A stretch of 64,000 nt of DNA from Chrysomallon squamiferum (taxonomy: Eukaryota > Animalia > Mollusca). The stretch is taken from contig CM022678.1 of the NCBI GenBank assembly GCA_012295275.1, forward strand, positions 19,654,001 through 19,718,000, in the 5' to 3' direction. Made by a program: the position numbers and the translations under genes. Positions within the stretch are counted from its first letter, which is position 1, and each line of letters begins with the position of its first letter. Positions 15,770-64,000 of this stretch are shown one piece after another. The notes beneath the pieces are model-generated. The model saw nothing but the letters and a program-made list of their open reading frames with translations. It did no database searches and was not told where the DNA came from.

Positions 15770-16765
15770 TCTATATAATCTTTTAGTTTTGTTTTTCTTT
15801 TTTTTTTTTATTTTTTGGGTCAAGGTATTTGGTGTCAGTTACCTACTTCAAATTCTTTGACAAAATAGTTTGTGTGACCTTGAATGATTGGCCTGTGATC
15901 AAACAGACGGGCGTGAAGCACAGTTATATCTGAAAACAAACATTTTATATATAATTAAACAGTTATATCTGAAAACAAACATTTTATACATAATTAAACA
16001 GTTATATCTGAAAACAAACATTTTATACATAATTAAACAGTTATATCTGAAAACAAATATTTTATACATAATTAAACAGGAATATCTGAAAACAAACATT
16101 TTATATATAATTAAACAGTTATATCTGAAAATAAATATTTTATACATAATTAAACAGGAATATCTGAAAACAAATATTATATACATAATTAAACAGGAAT
16201 ATCTGAAAAAAATAAATATTATATAATTAAACAGGAATATCTGAAAACAAATATTATATACATAATTAAACAGGAATATCTGAAAACAAATATTATATAC
16301 ATAATTAAACAGGAATATCTGAAAATAAATATTATATACATAATTAAACAGGAATATCTGAAACCAAATATTATATACATAATTAAACAGGAATATCTGA
16401 AAATAAATATTATATACATAATTAAACCACGTCCTATAATATGAATGTGTGCAAGATAACTTAGAAATGTTTAAAATAAAACTGGATACTGGTTTACTTT
16501 AGTGATTTTTGACACAGATAAACATTATGTGATGGCAGAAGACTTTCTCTCTGCGAATTCATCAATAAGAAACCTTAAATAATTTGTTTCTTCTTTTTTT
16601 CTTCAGTTTCATTCTTTTCATAACAAAAGAAAAAAAAGAAGAAAAAAAGAAAAATGAAAGAAAAAAGAAAGAAATGCATTGTGCTGGCATTTGTTTATTT
16701 TTAAATTATCAGCTGAGCAAAAGATAATGTAGGGCCGAATATATGAAATGTACAATTAACGGGAC

Positions 16766-16822
<57 letters not shown>

Positions 16823-17135
16823 TAATAAATTAAATAAATAAAAAAAAATAAAATAAAATAAAAAAGCAATGCACTTCCATTACAAACATTAAGCATTGTT
16901 ACATATCTCTAATCAATAGGTACAGTTTCTTAAATAACTTTTTAAAAGCAACATACACACGAAAACAGAAGACGGTCGAAAATTGATATGTCTATCAAAC
17001 TGAAAACGCCCACAAAAATCAGTGAGCTCTTATTATTATTTTTTTTTATGATAGTTCAGTTTAAACAGAAATGCTTCACTGAAATAAAATATTAGCTCTT
17101 TAATAATTACCTTTAAATATGTTTTCACAAGACAT
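13363..17135 (-). CDS. BLOC1S5: BLOC-1 subunit 5 (Muted), 5 coding exons, ~153 aa (whole gene model)
   Basis: Spliced peptide MSCENIFKDITVLHARLFDHRPIIQGHTNYFVKEFE-VKRGDRE...QWSDFMQQQCEKSAAVDDEFRNKVSAIERQFAEVEK resembles Muted (HSRLLDHRPVIQGETRYFVKEFEEKRG...QWDNFM..VDEEH). One extra base in exon 3 as given. Confidence 0.92.
14461..14516 (-). CDS. BLOC1S5: BLOC1S5 exon 4 (LNASERCSAICNLETESQ)
   Basis: polyT-cag acceptor, CAG|GTAATA donor, phase 1-0 fits. Confidence 0.82.
15229..15356 (-). CDS. BLOC1S5: BLOC1S5 exon 3 (KRGDREIDRLTDTLNNVQTMDRMLPDLM...)
   Basis: ttacag| ... |gtaaaa; 128 nt where 127 is needed (T4 run at 15350-15353). Confidence 0.85.
15847..15929 (-). CDS. BLOC1S5: BLOC1S5 exon 2 (DITVLHARLFDHRPIIQGHTNYFVKEFE)
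   Basis: signature Muted motif; ttttcag| ... |gtaggt. Confidence 0.95.
15920..16427 (-). repeat. 39-bp minisatellite containing the BLOC1S5 exon 2 acceptor
   Basis: unit on minus strand ...ATGTTTGTTTTCAG|ATATAACTG; ~13 copies. Confidence 0.95.
17111..17135 (-). CDS. BLOC1S5: BLOC1S5 exon 1 (MSCENIFK)
   Basis: caacaATG; AAAG|GTAATT donor; phase 1 makes K-D with exon 2. Confidence 0.7.
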
Positions 17136-18002
17136 TGTTGGCTGCGTGTACCCAAATATTGAAAACAGTAAAGGAAATGATGGAAACTTTGTTTATCAAT
17201 CGTGTTAAGGGAAATAACTCTATTTTACCTTCTTCAACCTTAACCTTTAAATTGAAAAGTGGATAATTTCTGTTGAAAATAAAAAACAAAACAACAACAA
17301 CAATTACTACCAATCTGGCGATATTATAAATGAACGAACAAGTAAATACATAAATAAATATGTAAATAAATTATTTGAATTAGGCCACTGTTATATTAAT
17401 ATTAAACAAACAACAATTTATCAAACCAAATAATCACGATAAAGATTGACAAGCTGTCTCACCTCTTTTTCTCTTGCATTAATTACGACAGAAACAGGAC
17501 TGAAATAAAATGCCTCTGGTATCCATTACCTTTTGATGTAGACAGGCATATAAACAAAAGAATGAATTTAACATAACAGGATTTCGGACTAAATTAGTCA
17601 CACCGACACCTTAGACTCGGTTACGGAACTGACAGAACTATCAGGCAGCTCTAGATCAAATAGGCGCATACACACACATACACACATCCACATACCATAC
17701 TTTGACATGTACATAATGTATCTCTTATACATATCTTTTAATAATTAATTACGTTCTTATGATGCACCTTATCATTCTCTGAGCAACTGACAAAATAATA
17801 ATTTATTTATTTATTATCGTAATCAAAATAATAAACGTGAGAACAACAAAATCGTGTTTTAAAATGTCCTTGTCCGAATGAGCGTAGACAGATACATATA
17901 TACATATAATATAAATACTATTATACCCACAGGTTATAGACATAAATGCTGGTCAGTGTTATTCATAAGATTCACGTCAAGAGCCCATTATTATTATTAT
18001 TA

Positions 18003-18036
<34 letters not shown>

Positions 18037-18042
18037 TATTTT

Positions 18043-18073
<31 letters not shown>

Positions 18074-18129
18074 TTTATTATTATTATTTTTTTTATTATT
18101 TATGATTATTATTTTTTTTTTTACTTTTA

Positions 18130-18202
<73 letters not shown>

Positions 18203-19349
18203 TAATCACTGTTACCTATCCCAATCAAAGAACCGAAGGGGCCCAGACACGTGTTAATAATACAGCTATAGATTGACATATAGACTGACATGCGACATTC
18301 CAATACCTGAAACAAAACCATCCTGGAAATATTTAGTAACACTGTGTAATATTAAAATATTTGCTTATACTTGTATAAAATAATATGAATTATTGCAATT
18401 ATAAGGTTTAATCAAATAACAATAACACTTAACTTTACAATGCAAGATATAACTGTACTGTACCAACAAAACGTGACTTTACAATGCACTGTATAACCGT
18501 ACTATAGAAATAAAACGTGACTTTACAATGCACGGTATAATCACATAAGATTTTTATGAAATATCTCATCGCAGATATAAATATACATGTATACATCATA
18601 TAAACAACCATGCTGCAATAATATTCATTATTACATTAAATGATTATAATGTTGCATCATATGGATATATAGCAATGACATAAATAATGGCATTCCACAG
18701 TAATGAAATTAAATTATAGAGGGACAGGATAGTAATAAATAAATAAATAAATAATATTTAATGAACGATCATTATAGCCATATGACACATAATAATAATA
18801 ATGATAATAATAATGTTGATGATGATGATGATATGATGATGATGAAGAAGAAGAAGAAGAAGAAGAAGAAGAAGAAGAAAAATAAATAAATAAATAACAA
18901 TCCGAGAATCGTTTGTATAATATGAGGCACACTGCAAATGAATTATTAATTTTTATTGTTAATTTTTTTTTAATTAACAGTTGTATTCACCATCATCGTT
19001 ATGATCATCTTCTTCGATGTCGTCGATTATCATCATCATTATTACGTCACCGTAATTATCATTATTAGTCTTATCGTTGTTGTTGTTTGTTCTTTTTTTT
19101 CTGTTTTTTTTTTTTTTTTTTTTTTTTCTGCTGTTATTTCTTTTACAAAACAAAATACTTCTGCTATATTTAAGTTTAAGAGGACATGAATTACGAAACT
19201 TCGTCTGGTTTGCAAAGTGATTGTTGAGTCAGCATGCAACGAGTTATTTACGTCATCACTGAATGACAAATGGGTTTTCTTGAACCGCCTCCACTTGATC
19301 TCGATGAAATGTGAGTCAGTATCATATATATATATTTGAATTTTATATA

Positions 19350-19423
<74 letters not shown>

Positions 19424-19466
19424 ATAAATAAATTAAAACATTTAAAAAAAATTAAAATTAAAATTA

Positions 19467-19509
<43 letters not shown>

Positions 19510-20234
19510 GTATCGTAATTGTAAAACATTTATTAATTAGCAATATAAATAATTCTTATTTTAAAAAGCACATCATATTATTATCCCCAAATTTTCTTCG
19601 AATTTCTTTCAGTCACTATTAGAAAATTTTAAACATAAATATTCCGAAATGTGTTATTATTTTTCACTATTCCGTTACTGCGGGATCGCCTTTAATACTG
19701 TTAGGTAAAAATATTACACTTCACGAGACCTGGTTAATTTGCATATGACCTATAAATTAGTTTTGCGGCAACGAGTCAGAGGTCAACAATAACACATCTC
19801 GTTTTTGTCAGTGCACCTGACGAGAATACGCTAGAGGTCGCTCGAGCGTGTTTATGAATTATTAATAAGGCGCCTGCACGCGATGCGGCATACAGTAAAT
19901 AAACACATCTCGCAGTTTCCTTTGCAATTAATTATGCGAGTTTGCGCAGACAACCGCTGACTCTCGTGTTAAAGTAAGTCAGACAAAATGTTAAATATAT
20001 CTACTTCCGAGAGAAAAACTACTTAATTATGTTTTATAATTTACACCTAAAATATACAGTATTATATAATAACTAAGGATATCACAGGTTTTATAATTTA
20101 TTTTTCTCACGCAGGCATGCACGCACGCTCGCATATCGCGAAAAACGTCGGCCTGTATCACGTGTATATACTGTATCTCTAGAATTTGTTTATCTCAATT
20201 AATAACAAATATTTTATTATATATAGATGACGTA

Positions 20235-20485
20235 TATGTAATAACTACAGTCTACATTAAACACAGTAGATATAACAACTATAGTCTACATTAAACACAG
20301 TATATATAATAACTACAGTCTACATCCGACAGTGTATGTAGTAACTACAGTCTACATTAAACACAGTATATGTAATAACTACAGCCTACATTAAACACAG
20401 TATATATAATAAGTACAGTCTACATTAAACACAGTATGTATAATAACTACAGCCTGCATTAAACACGGTATATGTAATAACTACA
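20235..20485. repeat. ~34-bp minisatellite (ATAACTACAGTCTACATTAAACACAGTATATGTA)
   Basis: tandem copies, intergenic. Confidence 0.9.
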
Positions 20486-22461
20486 ATACAGATATCGAGA
20501 GAAAATTACAGAAGTGATATAATTTCATACCATGCTATTAAAACAACACAGCTGGCTTGATTAGGAAGCTTTGGCAATTTAACACTTCGGATTTTTATAT
20601 TTGACGTTATATTTAATGTTCTGACTAATTAAACACTGGCATTTGGCGAGGAAGGGCGAGTCCTCATATTATTAAGCTGACAGTGGAGTACATAATTATG
20701 TAGACAGGTTTTCAGTTGCATCCACAAATCGGAACTCGGTTTTGTCTCCATTCCAAGAAAAACTGGATTACGCGTCCGTACGTACATACGTACACAAACA
20801 GGTTGTTTTATGAGCGAAACGTATATTGTCGTCTGCCTTTGTCCGAATGGGTTTCATAATGTTCGAGTCTCGTCACTGGCATCTTGCGTTTTGGCAGTTC
20901 GTGCCTGCGTTTCCGAATATTGTCTATGTGCGGAGTCTAATCAGACGTACGTAAGACAGAGAATATTCATACCTAAATACATACATACATACATACATGG
21001 ACGCATACATCGAGATTGTACATACACACATACACAAACATACGTGCAGACACACATACACACATACATAAATGCATAATACATACGTGCGAACACACAT
21101 ACACAAATTCTTAATACATACGTGCATACATACACACATATATCAGAAAAGAAAAAAAAACGGCATTGAAAATGGGCAGGCTTAAACGAAACATGATATT
21201 TCCTCATCATAATCAATGAAAAATATTCATATAAGATACTTATATGTAACGTAATACTGTACATCAACATTAGTATAACAACAAACATTCACTTACGTAA
21301 CTTTACATAAGAGAATCACGTTAAGGAAAGACAAATCTAATTCCATGCTTTTATTGGTAACAGCTAGTCTATTAAATATAGGTGATAATTGTATAGACAG
21401 GTAAATATACTTATCATATTACCGGTCTGTCTCAAAATAGCTATTATATTACAAAGGTGTCTTTGGATACATAAAGCGGGTTAACATTAAGGGAACGTTA
21501 TACAGATATTGCGACATTGTTGACAGAATTAATCCTGTATAACCCAGCTTGTTTGTAACAAAATAATGAACCGCTTGCAGTACAGATAGATAAGGGTTAA
21601 AAAGTGGAGTGTGTGTGTCAAATACTTCGATAGGATACTAACAAAATCGATCAGCAATAATATCCCAAAACATATAACAGACACACGAATAGTTTTATAG
21701 CCACATCACTAGAATATTATATCACCAACATACTAACATATTATTAACATTCTATCATTATTTCACTAGCACACTAACATATATATTAACTTTTTATATC
21801 ATTATATCACAACATACTAAGATAATATATTATTCAAACTATATCATTATATTACTAACACACTAGCATATATTAACATTATATTATCTCACTGACATAC
21901 TATATTATTAACACTATAATATCACTAACACACTAACATTCTATGTAATTAACACTGTATTACTAACGCATTATATAACTAATACATATCACTAACAGAC
22001 TAATGTTACTAATATTACTGAACTATTAAACATTAATTCACTAACGAAACAAACTCATGCTTATATCACTAGCACACACTAACTATTACTAACGTCCTAT
22101 ATCTTTAACCTAGCAATATAATATAACTGTTACCAACACGTGAGAGCGATTAAAGCAGTAATTAACTAACAAACTAATTCACTAACACATTAACACGGAA
22201 TATAAAACTATACAATAAGGCTGTTACTGTGGAACATGGTAAATTGTATACCGCGGTTATGAACTTGCTGAAAAACAAACAAGTCGCTTTACGTGTGTGT
22301 TGTAGCTGTAGTTGTTGGCACGACGCCATCACCTACACATGGTTTATTGTTTCCTTATTAGATGACACTGTCACGGTCTGTCGACATGGGCAAGTCACAA
22401 CAGATTAAAAAAAAAAATTATTATCACCAAACTAGACAGTCTGTTGTTGTTGTTGTGTAGC

Positions 22462-22508
<47 letters not shown>

Positions 22509-22634
22509 TACCATTATTGTTGTTGTCGTCCCTGTCGTTCGTGCTACGGCTACTATATTTGAAAACTGTATTTAAAAAATAAACAACAAATACAACGACA
22601 ACAACAACAATAACAACAACAACAGTAATAATAA

Positions 22635-22665
<31 letters not shown>

Positions 22666-23399
22666 AAGAAGAAGAGAAAGAAACTAATAATATTATTATA
22701 TTTATAATTAATTCATACTCTCTCGTATTAACTCTAATAATTATTTATAATAAATTCATACCGTTTCGTATAATCAGTTATATATATATAAAAACAATAA
22801 ATTTACTCTTTCGTATCTGACTTAATATTTATGAAAAATTGACAGTATTTCGTTTCAGTCTGATATTTATATTTTCATGTTCACACTATTTTTATATCAT
22901 GATATTTATAACTTCATTCACACAGTGTCATTTATAATAAGAAAAAAAAAAAAAAAAAAAAGTAGAAGAAAAAATAAAGTCACGCAGCTTCATAAAGGCC
23001 TCTGTAATTATATTAAATTCACAATATATCGCCATTAATTATTATATATTTGAATTCATACAGGTTCTAATATTTATATTGATTCGTACTTTCCTCTGGC
23101 GTAACTTGTATTTATAGAGATTTGTACTTAATATAAGGCTTATATATTTTAAATGCGATTTACGGCTGTTACAATTAAGCGACACAAACTGCTGAGGTGA
23201 ATTATATTTTTAGAATGGCTTGCACATTTTTGTTTTACAAATCTGTCACACACGTCACAAACTATTACAGTTTTGCACGCTACTATATAATGTAAAGTAA
23301 CTTGAACGAAATTTTTAAAAACAATGTGTCAGTGGAAATGTGTAAAACAAAGTTGAACAGATATTTAAAAACACAGTGTTACTTATTAAACCGGAATGA

Positions 23400-23712
23400 C
23401 AGAAATGTACAACGTAGAATCAACCAGACGAGTCACATGTCTAAATTGTCTCATTTTTTTTTTTTTTTTTTTTTCTGGCGCGCTCTAGCGCGTGGCATTG
23501 AAGCGGAAAAGCAGACGTCCTGTCTTTATTGCCTTGTCAAATCAACATCCTGCCCCTTTCGCGGTCGCGGTTTGTTTGTTCGCTACGAAGTGGCCCATGT
23601 GGTTGATGTGAAATTCTCACTCTGTTTTTAATGTCGCCGGAGCCGCTAGCTTTGAGTTCGAAACGCGTTGTGTATAAATATTGCAGCGACTTCCAGTACC
23701 CGAGTTTTGAAC
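23400..23712 (+). promoter_or_regulatory. CpG-rich putative promoter/5'UTR of the KCNT gene
   Basis: locally high GC/CpG (GGCGCGC, CGCGGTCGCGG) directly upstream of the ATG; TATAAATA near 23673. Confidence 0.45.
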
Positions 23713-57222
<33,510 letters not shown>

Positions 57223-58165
57223 TGACTGTTAGTGACACATTCACACACATTTTTCTTTTGGTTTTTTAATACTGTACATTCCATAACATTAATAAAAAAG
57301 GAAAGAAACAATGATTCAAGAATCTTTCTTGTTGCTATGGTGTTTTTATGTAAAATTGGTTCTGTTACGTTGAAATTGTAATTTGCATCTGTTTGTAGTT
57401 ATTGAGATAATTTTGTAATCTGGACTGTTTGTAATGTATCAAGATTATTTGTAATTTGGACTATTTGTAATTTGGACTATTTGTATCAAATTATTTGTAA
57501 TTTGGACTATTTGTAATTTATTTACATTTTTTGTAATGTGGACTATTTGTAATTTATTTACATTTCTTGTAATGTATCTAGATTATTTGTAATCTGGGCT
57601 CTTTATAAAGAACTCAGATCTTTTTGAATGTGGCTGTTTGGAGTGAGTTGAGATTATTTGCAGTTTGCAGTTGTTTGTAGTTGATTGTTTGTAACACTTT
57701 GTGAACTGGCTACATTTGTAATAATGTAGGGACTATCTGTAATCTTAACAGGCTGTTCATACTGTAACAAGTCTTTTTTTCTTCTTTTTTTTATCTCACT
57801 TTAATATATTCACACTATTTGTAGTGTGTTTGTAACATTCCCAAACTGTTTGTAATCTGTTTGTATTTCTAATGTATAAGGTAGTATAATTTGTATATAT
57901 GATGTATCTAGCGTGTTTGTGATTGTGTCTGGTTTTATTTGTAATATTTCCACACTGTTTGTAATCTGATGTAATGTATCCATGCTATTTTTAAGCTGGT
58001 TTTATTTATAATCTGTCTAGACTGTTTTTTTACATTTTATGAAGTAATTCCAGTTTAGTGTGAATTGCAGTCTAGATTGTTTTTAAAGGTATGGAGTATT
58101 TTTGGAATCTTCAAAAACTCAACTGGTTTTCAGTTATAGAAAATTTTATTTTCTGTTTATTTATT

Positions 58166-58210
<45 letters not shown>

Positions 58211-58289
58211 TTAATAATTATAATTATTAGTATTGTTGTTATTATTATTGTTATTATTGTTATTGTTATTATTACTGTTATTAGTATTA

Positions 58290-58334
<45 letters not shown>

Positions 58335-58591
58335 TCTAATTATTCTAATTATTAGTGTTGTTGTTGTTGTTGTTATTATTTTTATTAAGTAAAACATGAC
58401 TAATGAAGATAATTTTTAAAACCCCCAGTTTTTACACATTTTATTTTTAGCAATTGTTGTTTTTTTTTTCTAAAACTCAAGTAGCTCTTACAATAGAAAA
58501 CTGTGTGTGGTGAAGATGAAGATTTAGATAATGACATTATTAACCAGGATTTAATAAACTTTTGTTCAGATATTTGTCTACCTAGAACATG

Positions 58592-58649
<58 letters not shown>

Positions 58650-61600
58650 TTTAGAAATTTTTAATTACATTTCATGCAATACTTCAGATTGTGTTCATTT
58701 TAAAATTAACTTTTATCATACATCAGAAAGCAATTATATTAATATTATTATTGGATGTTTGTGTCATTAATAAGATATTGATCTTAATGTGTTTGTTTAC
58801 TGAAGTTTAAAATCAACGATTTACAAATTAACTTTTGTGATCCGACTCAGAATAACTTGTCTGAATATTTGTGTTCATTTGAATGTGTTCATATACTAAA
58901 TTTTAAAATTATTTAAGCAAGGAGTTCTGTATGATTGCCTGTCTGTCATTTGCTTAACAAGATATTTAACTGTGTGAAAAAATTTAAAATTATTTAATTC
59001 TTTTTTTTGTTGTTTATCCTGTTATATTTATAGGTTTATGGAACCAAATTTTCATTTTATTTAAATACTTAAGTATCTATATACAAGTTTGTCAGTGGGT
59101 TCATTTCAGTGCAACAACAATATTATTTCTGTTCAAAATAATTTCTGTGATTATAATATGAAATTTTAGTGTTTATTTATGATACAAGATTTCAGTGTCT
59201 TCCAAGTCTAAAGAGTGCTGTTTTTTTTCCATTATAGATTATGACTTTATATTATGAATTTTATATCAAAATTTATTAAGCTTGTAACCTTTGACATCCA
59301 AGTTAATCAAAGCCATTATTATTAGAAGTACTTTTAAAAAATTAAAATTAAGTTTGAAATCATGAGATTCAAAATAATGATAGCCATAGAATGATAGGTT
59401 ACAACTTTGTATTATAAATTTCATGTTAAAATAATATGATTATGTTTGTAACCTTTGACATCCTAATAATTATTTTTGATGAGTACTTTTAAATTTTGTA
59501 ATATTAAAGTAATTAAGTTTGAAATCTTTGATATCCAATTAATGAAACCAACATTATGTTAGGTTATGACTTTTTATTATAAATGTCATATTAAAGTCAT
59601 CAAGTTTGCAATGTTAGACTTCAAATTAGTCATAGCCATATTGTTTTAGAGACTTTTACTTTCATAATAATAAAGTTAATATTTAAAGTTCTGTGATATC
59701 TAAATTAATGACAGCCACAGAAGTTGCGTTTTTAACTTATTTTTTCAGTTATCTAGAATAGCTGTTACTTTGATTAATGTTATCCAGTCTTTATTACTAC
59801 TTTTCAGAAGTGAATTTTATTGTTGTTTCTTTTTTTTCTTTTTATTATTTTTTATTGTTATTATGAATTTTAAAGATTTATAATTTTATTTTATTTTTAC
59901 TACCAAATTAATGACAAAGTTGTTTTACATTATACAGATTAGTTTGTTAATGTGTTTTTTTATTTTATTAATATTATCCAGTTTATTTATAAAAAATAAA
60001 AATAAAAAAATTAATTATACTAAAGTTTGTAGTTTTTTTATATCAAATTTATACTTAGGTGAAAATATTATTTTTAACTAAAATTAAAAACTGGTAAATG
60101 TTTTTTTGTTTTTTTTTTTTTTCGGTTTACTTATCTTTATTATTTATTTTTAATATTTATCATTTTTGAATATTTATAATTAAACCTGTAAATAATTTTA
60201 ATTAAAAACTTACTTATTTAGAAAAGTTTTAATGTTAAAAATGTATTTTTGCAAAGTTTTATAATCCAGATGTTTGTATAATTCAAATTCTTTTTAGTAA
60301 CACTTTAATGTTTGCTAGAATCAGTCATTTTTTTAATTAGTTTTTAATTCTTTTTTTTCTTTTGGTTTGTTTTTATTCAAGACATATATTTTGTGTGAGA
60401 TATGGAGAGAGACAGAGAGAGATTTGAATAATGGTATATTTTGATATTTTTTGCTTGAAAATGTTTTAAGAATTTTAACATTTTTAAAAAGATTTGTATG
60501 GTATTTTAAACATTAATTCATTCTTATGACCTGTGTAGAGAGAGTAACAAAGATTTCACATGTAGATATAAGAGAGTGTATGAGAACATGAACAAAAAAA
60601 AACATATCAAAGTTTTGCATAAACTTGTATTTCTCAACTGATGACAAAAAAGTGCTTTAATCAAAAAAAAAAGATTTCATCCATATTGATGAATAAGAAA
60701 TAAAAAATATTTGGTTTTATGTATTGGTTTTAATTATTTACCATTATGTTTATATAGCCTGGCCACATCAATTTTCCTATCAGCTGACTACACATCCATG
60801 TTCATCACACTGATACACACAAACACAGAAAAACACAAATGGTTAAGCAGGCTATAGCAGCCATTTCAACTTATATACTGGTATGTTTTTTATTTTTTGG
60901 TGGGATGGGGGTTTGGCCACCACCTTTTGGGGACAGTCCTTCTCAGGTTTAGGCCCCCCCTATCTACCAAGGATACAAGAAAGACAGACTCACATTTTTC
61001 AGTCCAATTTGCCAGGACTTCTGTTGAAAATGAGTGGATTGTAGTTAAGACATTCTGAATATGTTAAATCATTCAGATAAAAAAAAAAAAACGAAGACTT
61101 TGACACTGTTGCATCATGAGAATTATATTCTTGTATTTTATTACTCAAACAAAAAAAAAAAACAATGAGTCTACTAACAACAAGTAAAATACTGTCGTAA
61201 AGTGGAAGTTTGCTGAAGACAGGTAATAGTTATTGCACCAAGAATATCATCAACTATTCAACGCTCTACATTAACTCTATTTACATAACTGGTATTTACA
61301 CATCTCACATTAAACACAGTATTTCACAACACACTGTAACACAGTATCACACAACACTGTAACAGTATTTCACACAAGACATTTTAACATTATTTCACTC
61401 TAAACAGTTACACGCAGTTCACACTATATTCACACAAGGTAATACAGTATAGCACTCTAATTACTTTCAAACATTTTTGTTCTCATCACTTTTTAATCTT
61501 GCACCACATTCACTCTGAATTCCTCACATAACATTCACACACTGCACTTTTCTTGTAATGACTTTTTATTTCACAATATTCACTCATTTGAGCTTAAATC

Positions 61601-62829
61601 ACTTTACATAGTCAAACATTCACACACTGCACTTTTCTTGTAACTCACACACACTACATTCCTCAGCAATGTCAGATTAAGAAAGGATTTTACAGGCCTC
61701 CAGAGATTTAAGTGAATTTTTTTTTTCATTTGTAAAAGCTGAGCAGAAACACAAACACTCTAAATTATGTTTAGCTAGGGGCACACTGACCCAACAAGAT
61801 TTTGCAAATTATAGAAAATAAAGTAATAATAATAACAATAAATGAAAAAAAGGACAGGAAGGAGGGAAAATAAATACTGCATCGGTTCTGAGAAGATTTA
61901 AATAAGGCTTAAAAATTGCTGCTTTTATTCGATTTGTTTGACTAGAATTTTTGAATAAATGGGCCCTTTTCTGAAGCTTTCCCAGCAGAAATGTCTAGAC
62001 CCACTTACAGATCTCCATGGCAACTCATTGTATACTGATGTGTGGAAGAAATTACATAAAAATATAAAAAATAAAAAAAGTAATAAAAAAACCCTAAAAA
62101 AACACCCCAAAACATTAAAAAATAAAAATTATAATAAATAAACAAAAGTAAAAAAAAATAAATAAAAAGCTGACTTTTAATTGCTGTTAATCTTCTTTTC
62201 AAAATATTACTGGATGCATCAAAGTACCTTTATATCAGCCTATATAAATAATCTTAATCTGACACTGTTTGCCACATGAACATATTACAAAACAACAGTT
62301 ACATTTCACACTAGAATAATACTGTGGTTTTTAATGTAAATACATCATTCACTCTACAATCACAACTATAGTAGACCCTGAATTAACAGATTATAAAGAG
62401 ACTTACATTGATTCCAGAAACTTGTTAAGATACAAATGCTATAACCTTTTTTTACTTGTAATACAGTAATCATACTATCTACACAAGGCTGTATATATTT
62501 TAATATTAAATATAAAAAAAAAAAAAGTATTTTAGTTCATACAAAGTCCATTGTCATAACTGATGGTGTATGCAAAGAATATACTGTCATTTTTTTTAAG
62601 TCTGATATTTAACACATGAAGAGAAAAATTTCTGACCAGTCACACATCATGATATATACTGAGTATTTGAGTGTATAGATGTTACTCAATTACACACACA
62701 CATGCATGCACATACACAAACAACTTACTGAACAAAGCAGAAATTAGAAGTGACATTCACTTACTCCAAGGAATTCAAAAACACTTGCTTTAGGTGTAAA
62801 AACATTTAGTCTAAGCTGTATTGTTATCC

Positions 62830-62863
<34 letters not shown>

Positions 62864-63064
62864 TGTTTGTGTTAAATTGAGGTTTACTGTATGTGTCCAA
62901 CACTTAACACAATCTGTGTACAAAACAAATCCATGTTCACACATAAATTACATTCACTCATTCACTGCATTCTGTGCTTTTATTTCTTTTATAGAAAAAT
63001 AACTTTAGACACGTTACATAGTAATACAAAATTTTCACACATTTTGTAGTAATTAAGGTTTGTG

Positions 63065-63840
63065 CACTTTTATCTAGAATCAACCATATTTCCACTTTTA
63101 TCTAGAATCACCCATATTTCCACACTTTTATCTAGAATCACCCGTATATTCCACTTTTATCTAGAATCACCCGTATTTCCACTTTTATCAGAAATCACCC
63201 ATCTTTCCACTTTTATCTAGAATCACCCATATTTCCACTTTTATCTAGAATCACCCATATTTCCACACCTTTATCTAGAATCACCCATAATTTCCACATT
63301 TATCTAGAATCACCCACACTTCCACTTTATCAGAAATCACCCATATTTCCACTTTTATCTAGAATCACCCACACTTCCACTTTATCAAAAATCACCCATA
63401 TTTCCACTTTTATCTAGAATCACCCATATTTCCACTTTGATCTAGCATCACCCATATTTCCACACCTTTATCTAGAATCACCCATATTTCCACTTTGATC
63501 TAGAATCACCCATATTTTCACTCTGATCTAGAATCACCCATATTTCCACACGTTTATCAGAAATCACCCATATTTCCACTTTGATCTAGAATCACCCACA
63601 CTTCCACTTTATCAGAAATCACCCATATTTCCACTTTTATCTAGAATCACCCATCTTTCCACACCTTTTTCTAGAATCACCCATATTTCCACTTTGATCT
63701 AGAATCACCCATATTTTCACTCTGATCTAGAATCACCCATATTTCCACACCTTTATCTAGAATCACCCATATTTCCACTTTTATCTAGAATCACCCATAT
63801 TTCCACATGTTTATCAGAAATCACCCATATTTCCACACTT
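63065..63840. repeat. 28-31-bp minisatellite (CCACTTTTATCTAGAATCACCCATATTT)
   Basis: tandem copies, many with a TCTAGA site. Confidence 0.95.
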
Positions 63841-64000
63841 GTTTGACTGAATAACTAAAAATAAATAGTGTTACTATTAACAATCTATTGTAGTTCATAA
63901 TTTAATCTTAACTGTGGTCTATGCTACACATCTAACCTGTCACATAACAACAGGTTATACACATTAAAGTGCTAACAATGCAAGAAATGTCCATTTTTTG

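Noticed and set aside
17530-17549. Alternative BLOC1S5 first exon (MPVYIK)
   Set aside because: Donor is phase 2, incompatible with exon 2; 17135-17111 fits.
57291-57296. AATAAA as the KCNT polyadenylation signal
   Set aside because: The hexamer is ubiquitous in this AT-rich DNA; the 3' end cannot be assigned from sequence alone.
63065-63840. Possible splice-anchored array of a third gene
   Set aside because: No adjacent exon identifiable within the window; treated as an ordinary minisatellite. It also shows that not all arrays are junction-anchored.

Overview
AT-rich, microsatellite-dense animal genomic DNA. An invertebrate, probably lophotrochozoan/mollusc-like origin is my inference. Almost all ORFs in the supplied track are repeat artefacts. 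Reading splice junctions by hand gives two divergently oriented genes. (1) BLOC1S5/Muted on the minus strand has 5 coding exons (17135->13363, ~153 aa) and one apparent +1 frameshift in a T4 run. (2) A divergent KCNT/Slo2 (Slack/Slick family) K+ channel on the plus strand has 29 coding exons (23713-57222, ~1268 aa), consistent intron phases, an intact TVGYGD filter and two RCK regions. The most striking pattern is that about 16 exon-intron junctions across both genes are the terminal unit of their own unrelated minisatellite or tandem duplication. Each unit straddles the splice site and the array extends into the intron, so these introns carry from a few to dozens of decoy donors or acceptors. 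Most decoys lead to stops, but some are in frame. At KCNT exon 24 the array appears to have overwritten the conserved exon end.
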